A stretch of DNA of 52,703 nucleotides from Fonticula alba ATCC 38817 (Eukaryota > Protista > Nucleariida): assembly GCA_000388065.2 (NCBI GenBank), contig KB932201.1; one strand, written 5' to 3'. The position numbers and the translations under genes were made by a program. Under the pieces are notes generated by a model. That model ran no database searches and was not told where the DNA came from. It saw only the letters and a program-made list of their open reading frames with translations. Shown here in pieces: positions 13,490 through 25,100 of the stretch; within the stretch, counting starts at the first letter, position 1, and each line of letters opens with the position of its first letter.

Positions 13490-13497
13490 TATATAAA
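13490..13497 (+). promoter_or_regulatory. TATA box (TATATAAA) of the micropeptide gene
   Basis: TATATAAAGG follows a G-run in otherwise GC-rich DNA, followed by an AT-rich putative start region and a pyrimidine-rich leader with no ATG before 13605. Confidence 0.7.
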
Positions 13498-13604
13498 GGG
13501 GCGTCTTTCGCCGGATATTTACTATTTTTCTTCAGCAGATAGTTCTATCTCAGTTCCCCCCAGTGTTCCCCCGCTCCCCCCCGCTCTCCTCCCCTCAAGC
13601 CACC

Positions 13605-13804
13605 ATGCAGCCCATCAAGAAGACCTCCAACGCCAACGAGACCGGCAGTACGCACCCTCCCTCCTCTCGCTCTCGCTCTCGCTCTCGCTCTCCCTTTCCC
13701 TCCAAGACCCACAGCCTTCCTAACCCCTCTTCTCCCTCTCCTTCCTCCTTCGAATCGTCTCAGACGATGTTTGCAAGGACCAGTCCGGCTGCCAGGTTAT
13801 GTAA
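13605..13804 (+). CDS. 27-aa CaaX-terminated micropeptide MQPIKKTSNANETGNDVCKDQSGCQVM (a-factor-like lipopeptide precursor candidate). Exons 13605-13647 and 13764-13804
   Basis: First ATG after the TATA box, in GCCACCATG context. The 116-nt intron runs GTACGC...CTAAC (13720-13724)...polypyrimidine...CAG. Phase-1 splice gives ...GGC A|AC GAT GTT TGC AAG GAC CAG TCC GGC TGC CAG GTT ATG TAA. Strong C/G-ending codon bias like the other genes. Confidence 0.75.
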
Positions 13805-16800
13805 ATCTCTGGTTCCCCCCAGAGAGGCACACCCTCGGCTGCGTCCTCGGCCTTCCCTCTCCAGGGGCCTAGGGCGCCCGCTCTGCGCACTTCCTCCGCA
13901 CATTTTTGCGGCTCAACCTGCTTTGCGCGCGTGAGAAGCCGCCGCCTCCCCGGGCACCGTGTGGGCGCCTGAGACCGAAGGGTCTCTCGCTCCCAAATGA
14001 CGATGCACGGGGGGCGTGCGGCCCTCTCCGCCGCTTGCAAGGGCGAGTCTCACCCCCTCCCCCCCCCTCCCAACGCGCTCTCAGTGAGGATTTAGTTTCC
14101 CCCTCCTCCGAGCATTTATCTGACCCAGCGCGACCTCCAGGGGGGATGCAGGCTTGCGCATGTTGCCGTGTTCTCCTGCCGGCGGCCCGCCTTCTCCCGT
14201 TCGCCTCGGCTGAACTGAGGCAGGCCGCACAGACCCCCACGCTGCTGCTCGACCCTCCGCGCCCCTCCCCGATCCCTGGTCAATAAATCGTTTCCCCTCA
14301 AAAGCCTTCCCTTTTTCCTTGTGCCTCCACCGCCCTTCCCCCCCCCCTCTCCCTCCACACTCTTCTTCTCGCCCTCTCGCTGTTCTGTTCCGCTTGTCAG
14401 CAAAAGCATACGGTCGACCGGGGGCAGGAGAAGCACGGGGCAGGCGGCTGCCCGATGCGGAGGGGTGGCGTTTCTTTTTTTTTTTGGATGGGGGCGGCCC
14501 CGAGGATCTCCCTCCCCCCCGGCCCTTGGCCATTTCTCCCGACACCGATGAGAGGCGCTCGGCATCGCGCCCTCTCTTGGTTCATGGCATGCGCTCGTCG
14601 CGCCAGGTGGGGTGGCTGTGCCAGGCCAGCATGCAATGGGGCATAATTGGACACCGATAGGTGAGGCACTCGAGTCAGGCTGAGCTCCCCCGGGCCGCGC
14701 ATCTCTCGCGGTCGCCAGCGGAGCAGCCGCCCGCAGCGCGACAAACCGTGGCAAGACCGGAGGTAACTCACTCCTGCAAGGCAGATGTGCCCAGGGCCCA
14801 GATGCCGTCTTGTGCATCCAAGCATCCATGTACGCTTGCAGAGGACCATACGTGTGGGCCACCTTCCTGGGACAATTCCATCGGCCCAGGGCGACATCCT
14901 GTTTCCCGGGCCCGAGGGGCATATCCAGGCGGACACTTTGGGACCACGTCCGGTCTTCGGCCTCCCTCCCGCCCCCCCCCCGCCTCCCTGGTGGTTGCGG
15001 GAGAAGCCCTCTGCTGGTCTTGGCGTGTGTCCGCCCGCTTTGCGGCGCATGCCCCGCCTGCCGACCCTTTGTCCCTCCCTCCCCCAACGGGATAAGTCAA
15101 GAATACACAGGAGTCGGTGGTGGCGGACACAAGGGGAACAATGCATCCCGCACCGAGTAGGCCAGAGCCGACATGTAACACGCACTGCTCGATGCGGACA
15201 GGGGCATGCGCGAGACGCACAGGGCCACCTGGCCAGCCAGTGGCAGCTGTGCTCCTGGGGCCATGGGGAGGGTGGAGAAGGGCGTCGACAGCCCTGGAGC
15301 CGGGAATGGAGCCGCCAGATCCTCACGCTGGGAGGGGGCACTAGCCCAGGGGGCCGGGTGGGGTGCGCACACCCGGCCGGGAGGTGCCTCCTCCGTTCCC
15401 TGCTGGCGCGAACATTGCATTGGAGGAAATGGCGCCCCGCCCGCATGCGTGCGTCTTTCTTTCTGTCTCCCTCTCTCCCTCTCTCTGTGTCTGTGTGAGG
15501 AGATCGAAGGGGACAGAACGCGACCGGATGGGATCGAATGGGACTGGATGGAGGTGACCAGAGCTAAAGATATACAACAACATCATGCCTCTCATCTACT
15601 TGTGTGCCTTGTACGGGCCCCGGCAGGCGCCCTGAACACTGCCTCCTTGCCTGCCGGAGGAAGAGCCAAAGGAGGTCAAGCGACTGTGTCCACTCCCCGT
15701 CCGCCGCCGATCCCCCCAATGGAAGTGTGTGCAAGGCGGGATGGAGTGGCTGGGCAAGAAGGCCCTGTTCGGTGGCATGGCGTGGCGACATGACTCTACC
15801 ACGGTGTGTTGCTTCCCACGAAGACTGGTCCGCGCGGAGGCGCGCGTCGTGTGAGCCATCCCGGCCGATCCCCATTGGGCGGGTACCCACCGCCGACGGG
15901 GAAGTCCCCGGTGTGGGCGTCGGCGTTCTTGGCCCCCGGGCCCGGGGGGGGGGGGGGNNNNNNNNNNNNNNNGGGGGGGGGGGGGGGGCAAGGGGCAGGG
16001 AGGGCGGGGATCGGTACCTGTGGCCGGTTCCGCGCATTTGCTAGACACCAACGCAGGCTCCGGGCAAATGTGTCCTGCCGAGCACGCCCGAGGGGCGCAC
16101 GTAGCGCATTCCCCCCCCCCCGCCCCCCAGGGGGGGTGGTTGTGACAAAATGGCTAGAGGAAGCTGCGCTGGCCCGCTCGGCACGTTATCCCGGTCACGG
16201 TATTACCGATGGATGTTCGGCAGCGCTCCATGGGGCCCAAATATTTGTGCTGCCGAATCCCCGAGACCTTTTTGGACTTGCGCCGGGCGTTGCATGCCGG
16301 CCGGGGGCCACCGCAAAGGCCGGGAGTGGTGTGGGCTCGGTTTGTCCGTGGATGTGCGCCGCCGGGGCATGCGGGCACCTGGGGAAGCCCTTTTCCTACG
16401 TAGAATGTCTTGTGCTTCGCACGCTTACCAAATGCCCCGGGCATAGACGAGGCGCATGGCGGAGGACGGGCCGCGCGGGTTGGGCGGAGCTCCCCCTGCC
16501 CCCCTCCTCGCCTGTGGGCATGCGGGGTCGGCCCGACCCCTTTTTCCCCGCGGCCCAAAGAGGCAGCCGGGCGTGTTGCCCCCCCCCCCCGCAGCCCGGG
16601 AGAGGCGGCCGAATGCCTGGGTACATCCGAGGTGCCGAGGAGACCGGCGACGGCTGCATGGGGGCCGATCGTCAGCGGTTCCTTCCTGCAGGAGTGTGGG
16701 GGGGGGGGGTGGATGCACCGGTTCGTGAGACCGCAGGAGCCAAGTCGGGAGCGGATGCGTCGCTTGCGGGGTGGGCGGGGAGCTTGGGCTACAGCCGGGG

Positions 16801-17726
16801 GACGCAACCCCGGGCGCCATGTAAAATGAAGGCGCGTTAGAGAATGCGTGTGGCACCGCGTCCGGGGGCCATGCATCTTACTTTGCGCATGTGTCTCTGT
16901 GAGCGCGCGTCTGTGAGCGTGGGCATCAGTGTGTAGGAGCGGGGCCGGGGCGGGTGTCGGCCAGCGATCCCCCGTCCCCCGCCCGCTGGGCATATGCCTC
17001 CCAGGAAATAGGGTGCGATCCGTCAGGGGGCCGGAGGACAATGATGTGGCACCCAGCTAGCCCGCTGACCGGTGGTCGTGCCGGGGACGCCCTGGGAGCG
17101 AAGGGCCGTCCTGATGGTGGCCGACCTCAGAAGAGGGGGGGGGGGGGGGGGGCGAGCAAACGAACGTGTCCACCGCGCCCGAATGCGCGAGAGGCTGGCC
17201 GACAACTGGGCGTGCCCCCCGCCCCCCCCCCCCCCTCCCTCCCCCCGCGTCGCCCTGGCTCTGCGGTTTTTTTCTCGGCCAGCATCGCATTCAAACTGGT
17301 GGCGGTGCCCGGTTTCGTCAGCCCACCAGGTCCGGGCGGTCCTCGTGCGGAGCCCGGTGCCGGGGCTGTGCTCCTCTCATCCCTCCGGCCGCCCCGAGGG
17401 GGCAGGACACGGGGGCCGGGGCGGCGCGGGCGCCGACGGGGGTGGGATTTCGAGCCGAAGTCCAACTACCCCGTTCTGCCCTGATCGACCCCCCCCCCCC
17501 CCGCCCCCACCTACCCCATGCTGCGCCGCATCTCACAAAGTCCCGCCACCGCGCCGGGAGAGGAGACGTGCCCCGGGTCGCGCGGGTGCCACCCCGGGCA
17601 CAGGCCCCCCGACGCGTGGCGTCTGGGACACGACCGCGTCTCAGGCCCCGGGCGCGCGGACACGAGCGAGTCGCTGTGGTACCGACAACAGAGCTGCCAA
17701 CTCGACTTCTCCCACCCCCCCCCCCC

Positions 17727-18623
17727 NNNNNNNNNNNNNNNNNNNNNNNNNNNNNNNNNNNNNNNNNNNNNNNNNNNNNNNNNNNNNNNNNNNNNNNNNN
17801 NNNNNNNNNNNNNNNNNNNNNNNNNNNNNNNNNNNNNNNNNNNNNNNNNNNNNNNNNNNNNNNNNNNNNNNNNNNNNNNNNNNNNNNNNNNNNNNNNNNN
17901 NNNNNNNNNNNNNNNNNNNNNNNNNNNNNNNNNNNNNNNNNNNNNNNNNNNNNNNNNNNNNNNNNNNNNNNNNNNNNNNNNNNNNNNNNNNNNNNNNNNN
18001 NNNNNNNNNNNNNNNNNNNNNNNNNNNNNNNNNNNNNNNNNNNNNNNNNNNNNNNNNNNNNNNNNNNNNNNNNNNNNNNNNNNNNNNNNNNNNNNNNNNN
18101 NNNNNNNNNNNNNNNNNNNNNNNNNNNNNNNNNNNNNNNNNNNNNNNNNNNNNNNNNNNNNNNNNNNNNNNNNNNNNNNNNNNNNNNNNNNNNNNNNNNN
18201 NNNNNNNNNNNNNNNNNNNNNNNNNNNNNNNNNNNNNNNNNNNNNNNNNNNNNNNNNNNNNNNNNNNNNNNNNNNNNNNNNNNNNNNNNNNNNNNNNNNN
18301 NNNNNNNNNNNNNNNNNNNNNNNNNNNNNNNNNNNNNNNNNNNNNNNNNNNNNNNNNNNNNNNNNNNNNNNNNNNNNNNNNNNNNNNNNNNNNNNNNNNN
18401 NNNNNNNNNNNNNNNNNNNNNNNNNNNNNNNNNNNNNNNNNNNNNNNNNNNNNNNNNNNNNNNNNNNNNNNNNNNNNNNNNNNNNNNNNNNNNNNNNNNN
18501 NNNNNNNNNNNNNNNNNNNNNNNNNNNNNNNNNNNNNNNNNNNNNNNNNNNNNNNNNNNNNNNNNNNNNNNNNNNNNNNNNNNNNNNNNNNNNNNNNNNN
18601 NNNNNNNNNNNNNNNNNNNNNNN
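17727..18623. other. 897-nt assembly gap. Other gaps: 3110-3267, 4472-4534, 15958-15972, 33808-33822, 36296-36342, 45426-45630, 47830-48002, 49826-50527, 52086-52095
   Basis: N runs, many flanked by poly-C/G or dinucleotide repeats. Confidence 1.
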
Positions 18624-19167
18624 CCCCCCCGTGGTGAAGGTGAGCGAGCGGGAGAGGCGTGAATGAGTGCGCGTCATACCTCAGTCTCCATGCCTGACGT
18701 ACTCCCAGCGCACCCTGCCCCCGCCCTTCGGCGCCGGCGTGGTGGCAACGCGGGCACTCTTTTTCGGTGACCCTACCCTGCGGCTGGTTGGCCCCAAGAG
18801 GCCCCCACCCCCTCCCCCCCCCCTTCCCCCGAGAGAGGTGTCGAGCGTGCTTAGATCCACTGGCCATCTTCCCCTCCTTCTCCCTCCCCCTCCCGTCATC
18901 CCCCTGCCCCTGCCCCCCCTGCTGGCTCTCCGGGATCTTCGCCGGTGCCGAGGATGAGGACATCCCCGAGCTCGTCGCCCCCCCCTTCGCGGCCCGGTTC
19001 ACTTTCCGCTTCCCGCGCCTCATCCCTTCTCTGGCCCCCGTCCGTGCCCGAACAATGCCTTCTCGCTACGCCAACTGAGCGCACTTTCCTTTCCCCTTCT
19101 CCATCCCCCCTCCCCCCCCTCCCCCCCTTAATCCCCACATTTCTTCCCCTGAGCACGCCCTTAGTCG

Positions 19168-22100
19168 ATGCCTGGGTCCAACGTGCCCCGGCGGCCAGCT
19201 GAGATTGCCAACCTTGCCACTCAGCGCGGCCGGCCTCTCCGCCCGGAGGCGGCGGCGGCGACGGCAGTAGCAGCAGCAGCAGCAGCAGCAGCGACAATCC
19301 TCGATGGCCAGACTGGGGGCCCCCTCCCGGTGAATGCCCCAGCTACGGCCGCCACAGCCACCACTACCACCACCACCACCGCCCCTGCCAACACTCCCCT
19401 TGGCTGGGCAGATCAGCCGCTGGCCGGCTCGACCTCTTGTGAGTCGGTTCTCCCCCGGCGGCCATATCTTCCCCCCGGTCGGCCCCCTCACCAGCATAGG
19501 CATTCCCAGCAGTCCGAATCGTCTCCCCCTGCTCAGCAGCCCCGGCTCAGTCCGTCGACCATTGCCTCGGACCTTTTCCCCTTTTCCTTGCCGGAGTCGG
19601 CCGAGCGGTCCGCCTGTCGGCGGGTGACCGTCGACACTCGGCCTAGCCTACAGACCGATGCCCAGATCAGCGCACTCATTGAAGCCAGCTGGCCGACATC
19701 CACCCTTGGCCCAGCCCCCGAGCGGGGGGACGATCTGTATGTTGTTGCTGCCACTCGGTCCTCGCTGCTGTTGCATTGCTCCGGCATCCGCGGCGGGGCG
19801 CAGGGCTACTCCGTAGCGCCGGGCGACGTGGACGCAGTCAGCCCGGCTGCCCTGGCGCAGCCTTTCCTGATTCGCCTCTTCCCTGTGTCGGCCGACACTC
19901 CGCACCAGCTGGCCCTCGCGCAACTGGAGCACGGTGCGTCCCCTGTCTGCCCTCCATCTGACTGGCTTCCCCTGTTCTGACTTTTGCTCTGCATCTTCCC
20001 TCTGTCCTTTTTGCCTCGCTCCATCTCTTTTTTTTTGCCTCGCTTCGTCTCTTCTCTTGTCTCGCTTCGTCCCTTTTCTTGTCTCGCTTCGTCCCTTTTC
20101 TTGTCTCGCTTCGTCTCTTTTTGCATCTCCTTGTCCCCCTCTGTTTATCTTTGTCTCCATCTCCCCGTCTCCCCCTCCCTCCCCCCTCCAGAGTCCTCCA
20201 TCCTCTCTTATACCTCCGAGCGCGACATCCACCCGCCAGTGCTCGGCATTCTCCGGTACCCACCCCTCTCTTCATCGTGCACCATGCTCTTCTCGTCTCC
20301 TCCCTCGCCCCCCCCCCCTCCCCGTCCTTCCTTTCTGACACCCCCCCTCTCCTCTCCCCCGGGGCAATAGCGATCCCGTGTCGCCTGCGTTACTTTTCGC
20401 CGTGCCGCCGGCCACCTCTCGGTGGCAGTCTTTGACGTCGGTCATTCGCAAGCATCGGCTCCTCACCTCGCAGTTTCTCTCCCTCTCGGTGGCCATCACA
20501 ACCTGCATCGTGGCCCTGCACCTGGAGCGGGTTCGTGCATGCATTGCCTCCCCCTCGGCCCCCTAGCCAGCTTCCTCTGACCTTCTCACTCGCCCCTCCC
20601 CCCTCGACTGCCAGATCACACATCTCTCCCTCTGTCCCGACAACATTCTGGTGGCCTGCAACGATGGAACCCCGGTGGTCCGGCTCATTGGCTTCGAGAA
20701 TGCCTCCTTCATCACAAAGTCCGGGAACATCATCCCCACGGCCTGGCGCACGGCCGAGCATGCCCTGCCGTACATCGCCCCGGAGCAGGTGCTCCGCCTC
20801 GGGGCGCCAGTCAACTTCCAGGCCGATCTCTTTGCCCTGGGGCTGGTCTTTTTCAACATGCTGAGCGGTTGCTTGGCCTTCGTCCCGCCCCGGCTGCCGG
20901 CCTCCCTGTCCGAGGCATCCGTCTGTCTCCTGTGGATCAAGCTCCGCATGGACCAGTCCCCCTGTCCCATCCTCAGCCTGAGCCCGCTCGTGCCACCGAC
21001 GCTGGCTGCCATCGTGGAGACCCTGTCTCGTTGGCATCCCACCAATCGGTATCTCTCATCAATGGGTCTACTGGCGGATCTGTTCACCGCCCAGTGCATG
21101 GTCAAGAAGGATGGCTACGTGCATGATATGCAGCTTCGCCAAAGTGACTTCCCCCAGCATCTGATCCTTCCCTCGCCGCTGCTTGGCTGGGCCACGCTCG
21201 AGCCGATCCTGGCCTCGGTCTTCCTCCGGTCGGAGGAGACTCCTCGGCCTGCGGAATGCCGGTCGGTCCTGATCCACGGCCCGCCCGGGTCCGGCAAGTC
21301 CTCGATCTTGCGGGAGCTCACCCGACGCTACACGCCCACGTCCTACCTGCGCGCGGTTAGCCTGTGCACGGACACCGGCGGGCAGCCCTTTGGCCCGCTG
21401 CTCAGCGCCATCAATGGCATCCTCTCGGAGTTCCTCCACCGTCCGACGGAGGAGCTGTCCCAGCTCAGCCTGCGCCTATCGCTGATGTTGTCCTCCGATG
21501 TGCAATTCCTCAGCCGGCATATTCCCATGCTGGATCGGATCTTGCAAATTGGCAACGCCCTGTCCGGCGACCGGGACTCTGGCAGTCGGCCGGGCACCCC
21601 GGGGCCGGCTCCCCCGACGTCTGGCTCGCCCGCGGCCCCGGACTCCGGGCCTCCCAGGCCCGGGGGGCCAGCCTCCCCTTCCAAACCCCCGGGCATGGGC
21701 GACGAGCCGGTCGACTTCACGCCCGAGGCCCTGTCCACCCAGTCGCACGTGGTGTGCCAGTGTCCGGAGTTTCTCTTCGCCGCGCCGGAGTACTCCATCC
21801 CCTGCACGACGACACACTGCTCGCTGATGTTCATGAAGCGCAGTGACCAGGGGAAGGCCTGCTGCGATGGGAAGACGTGTCCCTTCTGCACGCTGACGCT
21901 GGCCGACATGGCCATCCTGCCGAATGGTGCTGCCTGCCCTGCGCTGACCGGGACACCGCCGCTTCTGGCCGGTGTGTCCACGTCCAGTCCCTTCTCCCAT
22001 TTGCTGTCCGCCGCCTCGCAATCACCGATTGCCTTTGGCCGGTGTTTGTCGCGACTCCTGCGAGCCATCGTCACAGCCGAGCTGCCGGTGGTCATCGCCT

Positions 22101-25100
22101 TTGATGACTTCCATCTGGCCGACACCGCAACCCGGTGCTTTGTTCATTCCTCCGTTCGCATGCAGCTGTGCGTGGCTCCCCCCCCCCCAACACCACCTTC
22201 GCTCTCCTCCATTCAGTTTCTCTAACCGACTTCTGCTTTCCTCTGTCTCCTTCGCCTTCTCTTTCTCTTTCTTCCCTCCCTTCCCCCCCCTCTGTTGTAG
22301 CTTCAACTGGGTGACCTTCATCGTGACCGCCTCCTCTTCTGAAGCCAACAACCCCGTGTGGCTGGACCCTGCCAAGGAGGCCGCCAGTCTTGGCACTGGC
22401 GCCGCGGCTGATGTTCATCCAGGCGCCAACCTGCCGCCACTTGTCCTGCAGATCGCCACTCAGCCCATTTCGCAGGCGGCATTGTCGGCGCATCTGTCGA
22501 GCGTCATGAGATTCGATCCTGCCGATGCTGAGTATCTGGCCGAACGGGTGTGTTTTATTTTGCCACCTCCCTCTTCTCCCCTCACATGCGCATGCTTCCA
22601 AGCGTGTGATGTCCTGTCTCCGTCCCAATATCGCCATCTATGCTTGATCGTCTGACCGTGTCGCTGATATCTCCGTGACTCCATCCCCCCCCCCCCCCCC
22701 CACGTCTGAACTCCAGTCACCTTCTCACCCCCCCCCCCCCCCCCTTCTCCGCTCGCTAGCTTCTTGTCCAAAGCTCCAACAACCATCGGCTGCTACAGCT
22801 GCAGCTCCGATGCCTGTGGTCCTGTGGTGTCATCAAGCCCGACATGGCCACCAAAGCCTGGCACCTGAACCGCGAGCAGCTTGCATCGTGCCCCCTCTTT
22901 GCGAAGCTCCATAATACTGAACCCGGGTCAGGTGCCCCCTCTCCGGCTCCAGTGCCGCCGGAAGCCGGCTCTACTCCGACCCCGGCCCCGGCCCCGGCCC
23001 CGGCCCCGGCCCCGGCCCCAGCCCCGGCCCCGGGCACGGCTCCATCCCAGGAGGACGAGCGATACACCACCGCCATCGTGTCCTTACTGCGACTGATGCC
23101 AAAGCCAACCGTGGAGTTGCTCTACATGTGTTCCTTCCTCAGTGTTCCCTTCCACCTGGGACAAGTGAGCGTCCTGACGGGGCTTTCTTCCATGTGCCAC
23201 CTGGACATTTTGCAGCCGGCCATCGATGTGGGGTTGATTTTCGCCGAGCGACCGACCCTCCAAGCGCGCACCAGCCCCGGGGTGCTGCACTCGACCAGCA
23301 GCGGCTGGCGACTGGCCCCGGGAGTGCTGGCCGCCGCGCCGCTGGTTCTGGACCGGCGAGCGCGTTACATCATCAACCATCGCCTGGTGTTGCGCTTTGC
23401 CCTGAACCGCCAGGCACCAGCGGTCGTGCCGCAGGTCCTGCGCATTTTGGCTCTGGCTCGGACGCCGCAGGTGGCCTGCCCATTGGTGGCCATGCAGCTG
23501 GCGCACATCCTGCACCAATACGCTGGCGAGGCCATCGGCCGGATGGATCTCCAACTGGCGGGCAGCCTGCTACGGTGTGGGCTTGGGCTGCTTCCTTCGG
23601 CCCCGACCCAACGCTGGGGCCCGCACTTCTACCGGGTGTCGTATAACATCCACCTGGATGCGGCGAATCTCTTCTCGCAGATGTCCCTCACGGACGAGGC
23701 CCTGCACCTGCAGCAGACGCTCCGCGAGCATGTGCGCTCAGACCTGGACCGAGTACGTTGAGCTTGCTTTTTCTTTCCCCTTTTCCCTTCCTTGGGTATG
23801 CATCGAATTGGCACATGCCGGGCTGCCTGCTGACCTCCGTGTGTTTCGTCGGTCCATGTGTGTGTGTGTGTGTGCGTGTGTGTGTGTGTGTGTGTGCGTG
23901 TGTGCGCCTCCGCTTCGCACCTAGATCGCCGTTGTTTCTTCCCAAGCCTTCCTGCTCGGGCGCCTTGATCGTGTGGACGAGATCCTGGAGGTTTGCTCAT
24001 CGACCCTGCTGCAGTGTGGCATTCCGCAGCAGTTCTTGCTGCGCGGCGCGGCCATCGAATCGCCGGACACCCTGTTCCAGCTGATGCGTGTTCGAGCCCT
24101 GCATGTTGATCGGCTGATCGGGTTTGTCGGCGGGCCCCAGTCGCTTCTGCATCTCCCCCGAATGACCAGCCCCTACCATCTGCTGCTGATGGAGGTGCTC
24201 TTCCATGTGCGTCCTGCTTCACATGCGCCCCCTCATTCCTGCCTCGCTGCCTGGGGCCGCCCCCTCTGCTCTGGGCCTCCTGGCGTGTCCTGCCTCTGAC
24301 TCTTTCCTCCTCCCCCTCCTGCCCGTGCTCTCTTCGCCACCAGCTATACCTCTCCCTCTTCAGCTCCAACATGTCGTATCTGCTGAAGTTGACTGTCTTG
24401 AAGATGGTCGAAACAAGCATCGTCTTCGGGAATTGCGAGTTCTCCGCCTTCGGCTACGTCCTCTTCGGCATCCGGCTGACGACCTTCAAGTCCCGGACGT
24501 GTCCCTTCGAGTTGGGCCGGGTGCGCAAGCCTACTTTTGCGTTTGGTGGACCTCCTGTCTTCTTTCTCTCTCTTTCTCTCTCGTTCCCTCGCCCCCCTCC
24601 GCTTTTCCCTTTGTCTTTGTTGACATGGGGCATCTTTATCTTGCTCCTCCCCCACCCCACCCCTCCTCGCTCCATGCGCGACCACGCGGCAATACCAGTC
24701 CGCGGTTGTCCTGGCCAATCAGTTCGACAACTCGCTGGTTAGCTCGCGCACCTTCATGACTTTTGGTTCGTGTATCAGTTGGCGTCGCGGGTCGCCGCAC
24801 ATGGGCATCTACTACTTGGGCCTGGCGGCGGAGATGGCGCGCGATCACGAGGACGTGCCCTTCCTCTTTGGCGCAATGACCTTCCTCATATGCGACTCGG
24901 TACTGCTCGGGCGCTCGTTGTCCGAGGTGTTGGACCTGATTTTCCGCATGGATGACATGATCCTCCTCCTGCGTACGCGCCCCCCCTCCCCCTTTCCCTC
25001 CCCTTCGCTCGCCGGTGCCCTTTGTTCGCCTTTGCCCCCCCCCCCCTCCCCCCCGGCCATGTCCAGATATTGACCATTAGCGCGGTGTCTTTTTTGAGCA

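Noticed and set aside
19990-20130. Tandem repeats here and at 39716-39866 as CRISPR-like arrays
   Set aside because: No unique spacers; these are intronic minisatellites in a eukaryotic genome.
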